Sequence record: SRR20825010_290
Direction: 5' to 3' (one strand)
DNA: 34,621 nt
Shown: piece by piece, positions 8,213 to 17,793 of the stretch
How the letters are laid out: every line of letters begins with the position of its first letter
Numbering within the stretch: the first letter of the stretch is position 1
Program-made: the position numbers and the translations under genes
Notes under the pieces: model-generated
The model's input: only the letters and a program-made list of their open reading frames with translations
The model's database searches: none
What the model was told of the DNA's origin: nothing

Positions 8213-9328
8213 TTAATCGTTTCTTCCGCCATATTTAACTTTCTTCTTTTTGTTCTGGCCGAACTGACCTGCACGTGGATTTTGTGGTTGAAATATAGAC
8301 CTTCCACGATAGATTCTACCATTGAAAACATGCTCCATTTGTACTCGGTTGGCGCCATGTCTATTTCTTGGATAGGTTGGGTATTTAATAAGTGCCCCAA
8401 TATTAATGGTGAACAGACTTAACGAGTGCGCTGTGGTGATAAACTCATTGGATAGACTGTATTTTCTCATCTCGAAAGAAGGGCGCAGGTAGAGCTTAAA
8501 ATACTTCGAAACTTGCTTCTCCATAATAACCCCAACATTGAAGAAAGGATCATAAGTCACTAAGTCTTGATTGAGGTCTGACGCTTTAGTTTTCCAAAAT
8601 CCCCCACCTGCATCAATCATGAAAGAGAAATCCATAAACGTATAGGCGTTGTAAGTCAATGACGCAAAGAGTTTTGTGGTAGAAATCTTGGTTTGAGGCA
8701 CATTGAAATAGCCTAATCTATCATCTACTTCTTGATAATTAACCGCATTGGTGAATTTCAATGTTCCAGTGCTGATCCCGACTCCAACCCGAAGAAGCTC
8801 CTTGTCTGACATTTCTCGTTCACCTGTGGTTTTTAACCTCAATTTATCGACTTTATTTATGGTGAAGGAAAGCCTTAATGCTAACGGATTTATTTGCCCA
8901 CTATTTTTGTAAATAATAGCAGCAGTATCAGTCCTTACAATTTGAGAATCATCATCAATTCTATAGATGTTGGTTGGAGAAAGATCATTAAACCAATTGG
9001 AGTACGCATTATAAGGCCCAGGGGTAGACTCTTGACCGATAGGAACAATATAAAGTTGATCGCCCCGTGGGTTGCGGACTACAGATACATCTGTCAATTC
9101 ATTTTCATACAGAAAAAAACCATAGCCCTTTTCTAATTGCAGGTTGAACTTGTTGAGCATTTCTCGCACGGGACTCACCATTTTTACCTCTTCCTTTTCT
9201 CTGGCTTCACCCGGGGTAAAAGCTTGCACATTGCTTTTTTCCTTCTTTTTCCAGAATTGAGCATTTAACTCAGTAGAAGCCAAAGAAGAAAACAGTACCA
9301 GAAGAAAGAATAAGCGCCCGTGTTTCAA
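8213..9328 (-). CDS. Secreted hypothetical protein, probable outer-membrane beta-barrel
   Basis: TTG start, signal peptide, alternating aromatic beta-strands in the C-terminal half, basic tail. Confidence 0.6.
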   Translation of the reverse strand: MKHGRLFFLLVLFSSLASTELNAQFWKKKEKSNVQAFTPGEAREKEEVKMVSPVREMLNKFNLQLEKGYGFFLYENELTDVSVVRNPRGDQLYIVPIGQESTPGPYNAYSNWFNDLSPTNIYRIDDDSQIVRTDTAAIIYKNSGQINPLALRLSFTINKVDKLRLKTTGEREMSDKELLRVGVGISTGTLKFTNAVNYQEVDDRLGYFNVPQTKISTTKLFASLTYNAYTFMDFSFMIDAGGGFWKTKASDLNQDLVTYDPFFNVGVIMEKQVSKYFKLYLRPSFEMRKYSLSNEFITTAHSLSLFTINIGALIKYPTYPRNRHGANRVQMEHVFNGRIYRGRSIFQPQNPRAGQFGQNKKKKVKYGGRND

Positions 9329-9385
9329 TACTTGAATGTTTAGACTAATAAAGGAAAACTATCGGATTTATTATCAAAGACAAAT

Positions 9386-9412
9386 AAAAAAGGCCGCATC
9401 ACTGCGACCTTT
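9386..9412 (-). terminator. Intrinsic terminator
   Basis: Minus strand AAAGGTCGCA-GTGA-TGCGGCCTTT-TTT. Confidence 0.8.
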
Positions 9413-9435
9413 CTGACTTAGTATGTTAAGGTTGA

Positions 9436-9900
9436 TTAAGGTTTCTCTGTTACTAATTGCGCCATCATAGCATCAATCTTTGATTTAGTGTCTCCACCAC
9501 TTGCATATGCTTTTTTAACGGCATTGTATGCTGATGCTCCCAATGAGTACTTAGCCAAACTGTTTACTACGACTCCCGCAGCATCTGTTCTGTCTTTTAC
9601 TCTTTTCTGAACAATTCCATAAAACTGCTTTTCGAAATCTGTAGCACCTGCAGGTAATTTATTTATATCTCCTTTTGCAGCAGCATCTAGTTCAGCGTAT
9701 CTATTTCCGTCTATTCCTTCTTGCTTTTCAATCAGATCATTAACATAAGGGCTAATTTTGTCCGTGATAGCTTTTTGTGCCAACATTATAATGGCATAGT
9801 CTTTCATGTCTTGATCAGTGATTCCTTGAGCTCTTACCGCGGTTGAAGTCAAAGTTACCATCAAGCAAACCAATACGGCTTTCGTTAAATTTTTCATCAT
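9436..9900 (-). CDS. Secreted alpha-helical hypothetical protein
   Basis: Signal peptide (..AVRA|Q), own terminator, 154-aa ORF. Confidence 0.8.
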   Translation of the reverse strand: MMKNLTKAVLVCLMVTLTSTAVRAQGITDQDMKDYAIIMLAQKAITDKISPYVNDLIEKQEGIDGNRYAELDAAAKGDINKLPAGATDFEKQFYGIVQKRVKDRTDAAGVVVNSLAKYSLGASAYNAVKKAYASGGDTKSKIDAMMAQLVTEKP

Positions 9901-10155
9901 GTTTTCTCCTCTTAGTCGTTTAGTGTTAATTTTGATTCTACAAATAATAGCATTCGATCAAATAATACAAGAGAAAAATTGCCTAATGCTTCAATTGACC
10001 GATATTTTTTTTCGTACGGCTCAAGAGTTAGCACTATTCAACGATCTTTTTAGTTTAAAGATTATAAATGAGCTGTCACTGCGAAATCGAAACGGAGATG
10101 AACTGAATCTTCCGTTTTTAAAATGAAAATTTAAAAAATGAACTTAAATAGCACA

Positions 10156-10503
10156 ATGAAAAAAGTATACTACCTCTCTACTTGTTCTACCTGTAAAAGA
10201 ATTATGGATAGCTTGAACCTATCAGATTTCGAGCAGCAAGACATTAAAACAAATGCCATCACAGCCGATCAATTGGATGAAATGAAGAGAATGTCGGGTA
10301 CTTATGAATCCCTTTTCAGCAGAAAGGCTATGAAATTCAGGTCAATGGGACTGAGCGAAATGACTTTGGAAGAAAAGGATTACCGCAAATTCATTTTAGA
10401 GGAATACACTTTTTTAAAACGCCCAGTGTTTATGGTAGGCGCCCAGATCTTTATAGGAAATAGCAAGAAAGTCGTAGAAGAACTAGCAGCCTTATTAAGT
10501 TAA
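10156..10503 (+). CDS. ArsC/Spx/YffB-family protein
   Basis: YYLSTCSTCKRI (CxxC) and FLKRPV; start taken at MKKVY (10156). Confidence 0.9.
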   Translation: MKKVYYLSTCSTCKRIMDSLNLSDFEQQDIKTNAITADQLDEMKRMSGTYESLFSRKAMKFRSMGLSEMTLEEKDYRKFILEEYTFLKRPVFMVGAQIFIGNSKKVVEELAALLS

Positions 10504-10508
10504 GGCTA

Positions 10509-11165
10509 CTACCCTATTCTTTTTAATTCTTCTATGGTGGCTAATGGGTCGAGCGATTTGAATACGAAGCTGCCTGCCACCAGTACATCCGCACCAGCCT
10601 CCATTAGTAATGGCGCATTGGTAGCATTCACTCCTCCATCAATTTCAATGAGGGTTTTAGCATCGTTCTCAGCAATGATCTCCTTGAGTTGACGTACTTT
10701 CTTGTAAGTATTTTCAATGAATTTCTGTCCGCCAAAACCAGGGTTAACCGACATGATACAAACCATATCAATATCACAAATGATATCCTCAAGCAATTGA
10801 ACATTCGTATGTGGATTCAAAGCTACTCCTGCTTTACAATCCAGTGACTTAATTACCTGAAGCGTTCTGTGTAAATGATCACAAGCTTCATAATGCACCG
10901 TAATGGTAGCGGCACCAGCATTCCTAAAATCTTCGAGGTAACGATCAGGCTGTGCTATCATCAAATGAACGTCCAATGGCTTTTTTGCATGCTTATTAAT
11001 GGCTTCGCAAACTGGCAACCCAAAAGAAATATTAGGCACAAACATTCCATCCATGATGTCAATATGAATCCAGTCGGCTTGACTTTCATTCAACATTTCA
11101 ACATCGCGCTGCAAGTTGGCAAAGTCGGCAGCTAATACAGAAGGGGCAATTATCGGAGCGTTCAT
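10509..11165 (-). CDS. rpe: Ribulose-phosphate 3-epimerase
   Basis: IAPSVL, HIDIMDG.FVPN, DVHLM, MSVNPGFGGQKF, IDGG, VAGS. Confidence 0.98.
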   Translation of the reverse strand: MNAPIIAPSVLAADFANLQRDVEMLNESQADWIHIDIMDGMFVPNISFGLPVCEAINKHAKKPLDVHLMIAQPDRYLEDFRNAGAATITVHYEACDHLHRTLQVIKSLDCKAGVALNPHTNVQLLEDIICDIDMVCIMSVNPGFGGQKFIENTYKKVRQLKEIIAENDAKTLIEIDGGVNATNAPLLMEAGADVLVAGSFVFKSLDPLATIEELKRIG

Positions 11166-11169
11166 GCCC

Positions 11170-11177
11170 CAAATATA
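11170..11177 (-). promoter_or_regulatory. Bacteroidota -7 promoter box, 4 nt before the rpe ATG
   Basis: TATATTTG-GGGC-ATG. Confidence 0.7.
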
Positions 11178-11180
11178 AGG

Positions 11181-12785
11181 CTAATATTTTATGATCTTCT
11201 TCTTGAAACTGGTTCTTTGACCATCGATTTTCAGAATATAGACCCCCGCCATTCTATTGGTCATATCAATCTGTACTCTGTTATTATTCAATTGCGGTTC
11301 AACTTGAAAATGATTGAGTTGCTGTCCATTCATATCGACCAAGCTTACGCTAACGGATTCGCTTAAAAACCCATCGGGAAAAACAAGGTTGATGAAACTG
11401 TCGGAAGTGGGGTTAGGATAAATTAGCACTTGATTCTCTAACGGTTCAGGCACAAAAGCCAATTCATAGGCTTTTGAATAATTAGGAATACCATAACCTA
11501 TTTCATTATCTGGAGTATCGAATTGATGGGCACTCTTTCTGATTAAATCCAGCAATTGGAAGTTAGTTAATACTGGAAAAGCCTGCCAAAGACAAGTGGC
11601 AAAGCCCGCCACAACAGGCCCAGAAAATGAAGTGCCGTTTTGAAATGCAATGTTTCCAGTGGCCGTAATCACTGCCGTACCTTGCCCTAAAGCACTCACA
11701 TCTGGTTTTACCCGATCATCCGCGGAAGGACCAAAACTGCTAAAACTGGCTCTAGAACCAGCAGCATCTACTGCCCCTACAGACAGTACGTTTTTACTAT
11801 CTGATGGAGCGGTGATGAAATGCCAAACTTTATTCCCTTCATTTCCTGCGCTATTGATGAGCGCTATTCCCTTTGTGGCTGCAATATTCGAGGCTTTGGT
11901 TATTACTGTCGTTTCTCCATTCATATCACTATAAGTATAACTCATAGTAGTATCATCAAACTCACTGTATCCCAAGGAGGTATTGATGACATCCACGCCA
12001 GTACTATCGGCCATTTCTGCTGCGAATAACCAATTATATTCTTCCACTCGATATTCTCCTGCCGCTTCGGTAACACATAAAATATAGTTGGCTGCTGGTG
12101 CCGCCCCCACAAAAACATTCGCTTGATCAGCAGCGAGAATAGATAAAACCTTTGTGCCATGTGACTCACTATTTTCAATATTCCTGGTATTAGTCACAAA
12201 GTTCTTTTGTACCACAATTCTGTTGGACGTGACTAATGGTTGTAGTGCTCCAATTTGACTCATGTTCTGAAAGCCGCCATCAAAGACCCCAACCAGCATT
12301 CCCTGTCCTTCAAAACCTGCATCATGCATTTGATCAATGCCTAGCATGCTGTTTTGAAAGTCTGCCTCTCCTCCGTCTTCTAGCTTACCATTGGCCTCAC
12401 TCCCACCAGCGCCACCTGAAGGTATTTGACCTGGAGCCACATATTCAATCCTTTCAACAAAGATTAAAGCCTGAACAAGATTCACTGATGTGGATTGCAT
12501 TTCTACCAAAACTCCATTCATCCATTTAGTACGGTGTATCACTTTGATTCCCATGTTGTACAAAGCATCCACGTAAGACTGATTTACTGGAAGATCATTT
12601 TCAATAATCGGAATATGCTGTTTTTGTCTACGTTGAATTGATCTTTGCGAAAGAAATTCACTTGGGCTATTGATCGAGTATGAAGAGTTTAATTTGTCGC
12701 TGAAGAAAACCATGTATCGGTCTTGGGCAGAAAGCCCAAAGCCTATAAGGATGAGTATTACAATAAAGTTGGTTTTCCTATTCAT
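11181..12785 (-). CDS. S8 subtilisin-like serine peptidase with T9SS C-terminal sorting domain
   Basis: Catalytic triad motifs FDGGF, SHGT, GTSFS; oxyanion SAGN; C-terminal IYPNP...GVYILKI...KKIIK. Confidence 0.93.
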   Translation of the reverse strand: MNRKTNFIVILILIGFGLSAQDRYMVFFSDKLNSSYSINSPSEFLSQRSIQRRQKQHIPIIENDLPVNQSYVDALYNMGIKVIHRTKWMNGVLVEMQSTSVNLVQALIFVERIEYVAPGQIPSGGAGGSEANGKLEDGGEADFQNSMLGIDQMHDAGFEGQGMLVGVFDGGFQNMSQIGALQPLVTSNRIVVQKNFVTNTRNIENSESHGTKVLSILAADQANVFVGAAPAANYILCVTEAAGEYRVEEYNWLFAAEMADSTGVDVINTSLGYSEFDDTTMSYTYSDMNGETTVITKASNIAATKGIALINSAGNEGNKVWHFITAPSDSKNVLSVGAVDAAGSRASFSSFGPSADDRVKPDVSALGQGTAVITATGNIAFQNGTSFSGPVVAGFATCLWQAFPVLTNFQLLDLIRKSAHQFDTPDNEIGYGIPNYSKAYELAFVPEPLENQVLIYPNPTSDSFINLVFPDGFLSESVSVSLVDMNGQQLNHFQVEPQLNNNRVQIDMTNRMAGVYILKIDGQRTSFKKKIIKY

Positions 12786-13497
12786 TTATAAAACCATGTG
12801 CATAAATGGTTTCTCTGTAAAATCGTCCTGATTCAATACGTTCTTCACCTAAACACTCTTGCCGAGAACATATTTTCACCACATTATAAAGCTTAGAAAT
12901 TAAGCCAATGCTATCCGCATAAATCTCCCTTCTAATATCCCTGAAGGTAATTCCATCTTCATCATTTTCTTGCTCAACAGTCAAGGTAAATGTAGTCTCC
13001 AAGTCATTATTTACAGCAATGTTGGTAAGTACTCCAAAGTTCAAAATCTTAAATTGATCTACTGCTTTGGTATTAAAGATGTTCCCATCCCAAACACGCC
13101 CAGCCTGCGATGGAAAAACCATCTTAACCACAGAAGTATTGTTTTCGATAGAAACAGCCCTGTCCTTTTCAATTCTGGCAGTCCATACTGAATCTAAAAC
13201 CCAAGGCTGGGTGTCATTGGTGCGGCTTAACCTATGGATTATTCTAGACTCTTCGCCCTGGCTATTAATGAAGGACTCTCGAACCTCTTCTCTCAATTGA
13301 TAAATGAGCGTATCACTAATGTCTACGGCCGAATATCTGATTTCTCGCACATTGTACTCTCGATATTTATTCTCAGCCATAAAGAAATAGCTCTTTCCTC
13401 GGTCGGCATCTAAAGCCGGAATTGGATCTTCACCTGACTGACAAGCCGAGAAAGCCAACATAGCAACAAAAAAGAAGAGACAGGCTTTTTTCCACAT
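12778..13497 (-). CDS. Hypothetical lipoprotein
   Basis: Lipobox FSAC. Start set at ATG 13497, which follows a TATATTTG box; overlaps the S8 gene start. Confidence 0.8.
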   Translation of the reverse strand: MWKKACLFFFVAMLAFSACQSGEDPIPALDADRGKSYFFMAENKYREYNVREIRYSAVDISDTLIYQLREEVRESFINSQGEESRIIHRLSRTNDTQPWVLDSVWTARIEKDRAVSIENNTSVVKMVFPSQAGRVWDGNIFNTKAVDQFKILNFGVLTNIAVNNDLETTFTLTVEQENDEDGITFRDIRREIYADSIGLISKLYNVVKICSRQECLGEERIESGRFYRETIYAHGFINE

Positions 13498-13501
13498 AAG
13501 A

Positions 13502-13509
13502 CAAATATA
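13502..13509 (-). promoter_or_regulatory. Bacteroidota -7 promoter box, 4 nt before ATG
   Basis: TATATTTG-TCTT-ATG. Confidence 0.7.
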
Positions 13510-13547
13510 GGACTTCAATGCAAACGTATTATCACAAGGCTCAGTAT

Positions 13548-13584
13548 AAAAAAATGGTACTGCAAAAACATTGCACTACCATTT
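13548..13584 (-). terminator. Intrinsic terminator after the thioredoxin operon
   Basis: AAATGGTAcTGCAA-aaaca-TTGCAcTACCATTT with an adjacent A-run (U-tract on the minus strand). Confidence 0.75.
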
Positions 13585-13613
13585 CTCTAGTTTCCCCAAA
13601 CAAATATAAGGGT

Positions 13614-13856
13614 TTAACTTATAGATGTCCTTACTTTTTGGGTGTATTCACGCAAAGCGGTTTTGAAATTCACATCACTGTTTTGCATCTTCTCTAAGAT
13701 ATAGATGGCTGCAAATACGTGAGTAAGCTGCTCCCCCTCATCATCACCCTTAACTTCTATTTCTGGCTTAAGTTCTTCCATCAGCGCCTCTTCAGCTGCT
13801 TTTAAATCTTCTAAAGCTACTTCTTCAACCAATTTCTTTATTACAGGAATCTTCAT
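13614..13856 (-). CDS. Small conserved protein, DUF6952-like
   Basis: MKIPVIK ... V.G.DEGEQLTHV.AA ... ALREYT..VR.SIS; recalled as a thioredoxin neighbour in Bacteroidota. Confidence 0.75.
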   Translation of the reverse strand: MKIPVIKKLVEEVALEDLKAAEEALMEELKPEIEVKGDDEGEQLTHVFAAIYILEKMQNSDVNFKTALREYTQKVRTSIS

Positions 13857-13857
13857 T

Positions 13858-14175
13858 CTAATTCAATTTTGCAATCAGCTCTACCACTTGGTCTTCCTTA
13901 TTGGAAGCGATTGTTTCTACCAATTCTCCATTCTTAAAAATAGCGAAAGTAGGCAAATTAGCTACTTTACCCAGGTTACGTGCCAAGGGACTTTCTTCAG
14001 CATCAACATCCAAAAACCTAATCCCATCAAAACGTTCATCTGCCGAAAGTCGCTTGAATTTTGGAGAGAATAGCCTACAGCTACCACACCAGCCGGCAAA
14101 ATACTTTACCACCACTTTTCCGTTTTCTCGAATCTCATTTTCGAAATTCGTATCGTTCACTAATTCAACTGCCAT
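13858..14175 (-). CDS. Thioredoxin-family protein (WCGSC)
   Basis: VVVKYFAGWCGSCR, cis-Pro LPTF..FKNG; start at MAVEL (14175). Confidence 0.92.
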   Translation of the reverse strand: MAVELVNDTNFENEIRENGKVVVKYFAGWCGSCRLFSPKFKRLSADERFDGIRFLDVDAEESPLARNLGKVANLPTFAIFKNGELVETIASNKEDQVVELIAKLN

Positions 14176-14340
14176 TTTTGATCTGATTCTTTGATAAATA
14201 TGCTTAAAACTCAATTCTGAAACTGTTGCGACAAATTAATCAGAAGCTTCTGAATTGTATGCAAAACAGCATTAATTCTATTAGTTTTGCCAGCATTCCG
14301 AATTCAAACAATCAATTGATTATAGAAAAACTCAATAGGC

Positions 14341-14940
14341 ATGGCATTAAGAACTTTTGTAAAAGTAAGCGGTATAAATAACCTGAGCGATGCTCGTTAT
14401 TGTGCGGGAATGGAAGTGGATCAACTTGGATTTGAAATTGAAGAGGGAGCTTCCAACTATACTGATATCCAAAAATTCAAAGAAATTAGTGAATGGCTCT
14501 CTGGCGTAGCGTATGTTGGAGAAATCAGAACAAAGGACAATCCTATTCAAACACTTATTGAAGGCTACCAATTAGATGCCATTCAGATTGAAAACATTAG
14601 CCAAATCGCAGAAGCCTTGGAAACTGGTTTGCCAGTTAGTTTCTTGGCCCATGATATTGAATCAGTAAGATCGGCTTGGGAAGCTTCAGAAATGCAATTG
14701 ACTTACGTACTCCTCGATGCTGCTGAAGTTCAAACGAATGCTCTTAATGCCTTATCTAAAGATATTCCTATGGTATTGGCTTCTGGCTTTAATGCTGAAA
14801 CGGTGACGGAATTAACTAAAAGTGGCTTAAAAGGGATAGCTATTCAAGGGGGAAATGAAATCAGACCAGGTTATAAAGACTTTGACGAAATGGCTGATAT
14901 TTTAGAAACCCTTGAGATTGATGACCTTGCCGATGAATAG
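14341..14940 (+). CDS. Phosphoribosylanthranilate isomerase (TrpF)-like protein
   Basis: VKVSGINNLSDA...V..LGF start, LLD, LASG; TIM-barrel size; not in a trp operon. Confidence 0.7.
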   Translation: MALRTFVKVSGINNLSDARYCAGMEVDQLGFEIEEGASNYTDIQKFKEISEWLSGVAYVGEIRTKDNPIQTLIEGYQLDAIQIENISQIAEALETGLPVSFLAHDIESVRSAWEASEMQLTYVLLDAAEVQTNALNALSKDIPMVLASGFNAETVTELTKSGLKGIAIQGGNEIRPGYKDFDEMADILETLEIDDLADE

Positions 14941-14999
14941 TTTCCTTTACTAAACGCTAAAAAACTTTTTCTATATTGGCCTGAATTAATTAATAGACC

Positions 15000-15512
15000 A
15001 TGAAAAACTTTTTATTCGTAGCCTTATTCTCTTTTTGCATTTTAGGCTGCACGCCTCAACCTGCTGAAGTACTTGAAGTCCCTTCTACCACCTTTATTCT
15101 TGTGCGTCATGCCGAAAAAGGCACGGATGATCCTCGAAACCCTTCATTGAATGAAGAAGGAACATTAAGGGCTGAAAAATTACTCAGCATGCTTTCTGAC
15201 GTTGAAATTGCGGCTATTTACTCATCACCATACAAAAGAACAAGAGAAACAGTAGCACCTATAGCTGCCAAAACTGGCGTTGAAGTTCAAGAATACAACC
15301 CTAGTGAGAATAGTTTTGCAGACGAAGCTCTGAAGAATTATCATGGTAAAACATTATTGGTTTCCGGACATTCAAACACTGTCCCAGGCTTAGCTAATTA
15401 CCTTATGGGTGAAGAAAAATTCAAACAACTGGATGAAAGCGAATACAGCAAAATCTTTATTGTTACTGTTGATGAAATTGGGAAAGCCAGCGTAATGGTT
15501 TTAAATTATTAA
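15000..15512 (+). CDS. Histidine phosphatase (SixA/PGM family) lipoprotein
   Basis: Lipobox ILGC; LVRHAEK, SSPYKRT.ET, VSGHSNT. Confidence 0.9.
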   Translation: MKNFLFVALFSFCILGCTPQPAEVLEVPSTTFILVRHAEKGTDDPRNPSLNEEGTLRAEKLLSMLSDVEIAAIYSSPYKRTRETVAPIAAKTGVEVQEYNPSENSFADEALKNYHGKTLLVSGHSNTVPGLANYLMGEEKFKQLDESEYSKIFIVTVDEIGKASVMVLNY

Positions 15513-16405
15513 ATGCTTTTGCTTTTTGCCTCGACAGATTTGACCTGACGCAAGTAAATTAGCCCAATCAATGAGCTAAAGAGCGTGATTAGGAAAAATA
15601 ACGAGGCAAAAGCCATTGCTGCATTTTTATCTAAAAAAAAGAGATCGGCACCCCAAACCATTACCCCTTCTCGTACGCCAAGCCCTCCTGGCAGTGAAAT
15701 TGGGAATGCAGCAGCCACTGAGGATGCCAGGAATAGCGTGAAGTAATCCAAATAACCATCAGTAACTCCAAGGCTTTTCAGCATAAGATAAGCACATAAC
15801 ACTTGCAGGATTTGCGAGCCTAACGATTGCAGGTTGGTAATGTGATTCACCTTTTTAAACGTTGGAAAAACGAACCGGACGAGAATGTAATAACAAGGAT
15901 AAGCGATAATCAGCCCTACCCAAATCAGAAAACCATAACCTTCTAAAAGGCCATAGGCTTCTCCGCCAATAAGTGCTAAAAGGAAAGCCAGAAAACCCAG
16001 TGCCACTACTCCACTGATTCGGTCTAGTAATGTGGCGGCAATCAGACCTTTAAGCGGGGTTTTGTATTGTTTATTGAGTAAGTATACTTTATATCCGTCT
16101 CCCCCAATACCTCCGGGGAAAATCTGGTTATAAAGCATTCCTACATAGTAAAGCTTAAGATTAAACTGGGCATTTAAATCAAGCTGGATGGCCTGAAAGA
16201 AGTGATTGAGCCTGAATGCTGCCAAGAATTTGGATGCATTAAACGCGATAATGGACAAAAGCAGCCAGCCAATATCCACACCAAGAAGTCGGTTTTTATA
16301 CTCTTCTAAGTCGATTTCGCCAATTACAAAGTAAATGGCGACTATGGCTATCACAACTTGAGCTGCTAGCTTAAGCCATTTATTACGCTTCTGCTTGTCC
16401 AACAA
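15509..16405 (-). CDS. Lysylphosphatidylglycerol-synthase TM-domain / flippase-like protein
   Basis: YYVGMLYN..FPGGIGGDGYK, LLDR.SG, PGGLGVREG; multiple TM helices. Confidence 0.88.
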   Translation of the reverse strand: MLDKQKRNKWLKLAAQVVIAIVAIYFVIGEIDLEEYKNRLLGVDIGWLLLSIIAFNASKFLAAFRLNHFFQAIQLDLNAQFNLKLYYVGMLYNQIFPGGIGGDGYKVYLLNKQYKTPLKGLIAATLLDRISGVVALGFLAFLLALIGGEAYGLLEGYGFLIWVGLIIAYPCYYILVRFVFPTFKKVNHITNLQSLGSQILQVLCAYLMLKSLGVTDGYLDYFTLFLASSVAAAFPISLPGGLGVREGVMVWGADLFFLDKNAAMAFASLFFLITLFSSLIGLIYLRQVKSVEAKSKSI

Positions 16406-17327
16406 AGACTTCTTTTAAACGATAGACTTTCTTGTCTTGTGACTCATAATAAGTACGCATCATCAATTCGGCAATAATACCAACTGTAATGAACTGGATA
16501 CCTCCAAGTAGCATAATGGCTCCTAAAAGCAATAACGGCCTGCCCCAAATATCTTCCCCGTAACCAAACTTCACTATTAAAAGGTAGATATTGATGATCA
16601 TCCCTATCGTAAAAGTGAGGATCCCTAAGCCTCCGAAAAGGTGCATTGGCTTTCTAAAATACTTCTGGAAAAAGATCATCAGCATTAAATCAGCCATTAC
16701 CTTGAAGGTACGGTTGATGCCGTATTTCGATTCTCCATGAATTCGAGCGTGGTGATTTACATCCACCTCGGTCATTTTTGCACCTTGAAGCTTGGCCAAT
16801 ACGGGGATAAAGCGGTGCAATTCACCGTAAAGCCCCAGATTTTTAGCAATGTCTTTTTTATAAATTCTTAATGAGCAACCATAATCTGTAAGACGAACGT
16901 CTGTCAAATTTCGGATCATCCAGTTGGCGATTTTACTTGGAAACTTGCGCAGTACAAAGCCATCTTGACGGTTGGCGCGAACACCAGCGACTACATCAAA
17001 TTCACCTTCTTCCAACTTAGCAAGCATAGCAGGAATATCAGCAGGGTCGTTTTGAAGATCCCCATCCATGGTGACAATGTATTCACCTTGTGCCATATCA
17101 ATACCAGCAGACATGGCAGTGCTTTGACCATGATTCTTGTTAAAAATCAAAAGCTTGGTACGATTGTTCGCAAAGGATTTGACGTTTTTTACGGTATCGT
17201 CAGTAGAGCCATCGTCCACTAAAATCAACTCATAATCGATACCTTCTAAGGCCTCATATTCTTTCTGACAAAGGGGAATAACGTTGTCTTCTTCGTTGTA
17301 AACCGTAACAACTACAGATAGCTTCAT
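16383..17327 (-). CDS. GT2 polyprenol-phosphate glycosyltransferase (ArnC/GtrB-like)
   Basis: VDDGSTD, MDGDLQNDP, R..GESKY, two C-terminal TM helices; start at MKLSV. Confidence 0.92.
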   Translation of the reverse strand: MKLSVVVTVYNEEDNVIPLCQKEYEALEGIDYELILVDDGSTDDTVKNVKSFANNRTKLLIFNKNHGQSTAMSAGIDMAQGEYIVTMDGDLQNDPADIPAMLAKLEEGEFDVVAGVRANRQDGFVLRKFPSKIANWMIRNLTDVRLTDYGCSLRIYKKDIAKNLGLYGELHRFIPVLAKLQGAKMTEVDVNHHARIHGESKYGINRTFKVMADLMLMIFFQKYFRKPMHLFGGLGILTFTIGMIINIYLLIVKFGYGEDIWGRPLLLLGAIMLLGGIQFITVGIIAELMMRTYYESQDKKVYRLKEVFVGQAEA

Positions 17328-17403
17328 AGTATATTTTTCTGCTTGCAAAATAAATGCTTTCAATCTTGAATACCTAACAGGACGTTAAGAGACTGAAAAT
17401 GGT

Positions 17404-17775
17404 TCAAATCCATTCTTGATCATTGTGTGTGCGTTCATGTTCTACCTCTCCGGTATGTTGTGTTGCGGCAGGTTCAAAGAGCATTACCCAAACCTCTTCT
17501 CCGTTTTCAGTTCTCGGGTTGTGCTCTACACCTTTAGGTACAATAATCATTTCCCCTTCCCTAATTGTTTCGGTTCTGTCTCTAAATTCCATGATTAAGG
17601 TACCCTTCCATACCAAGAACATTTCGTCTTCATGTTCATGACTGTGCCAAACAAAATCATCTTTCAGCTTAGCCAGTTTAACCAATTGACCATTGAGCTC
17701 CCCTATTATTTTAGGTGCCCAGTGTGCTGAAAACTTCGAGAATTTTTCTGAAATATTAGCCTTTGTATTTTTCAT
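17404..17775 (-). CDS. Cupin-domain protein
   Basis: FVWHSHEHEDEMF and VPKGVEHNP motifs. Confidence 0.92.
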   Translation of the reverse strand: MKNTKANISEKFSKFSAHWAPKIIGELNGQLVKLAKLKDDFVWHSHEHEDEMFLVWKGTLIMEFRDRTETIREGEMIIVPKGVEHNPRTENGEEVWVMLFEPAATQHTGEVEHERTHNDQEWI

Positions 17776-17793
17776 GATTTGATCTTTTTTTGA

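Noticed and set aside
9899-10126. 75-aa ORF in a divergent promoter region
   Set aside because: No motif; overlaps the start and promoter of the divergent gene.
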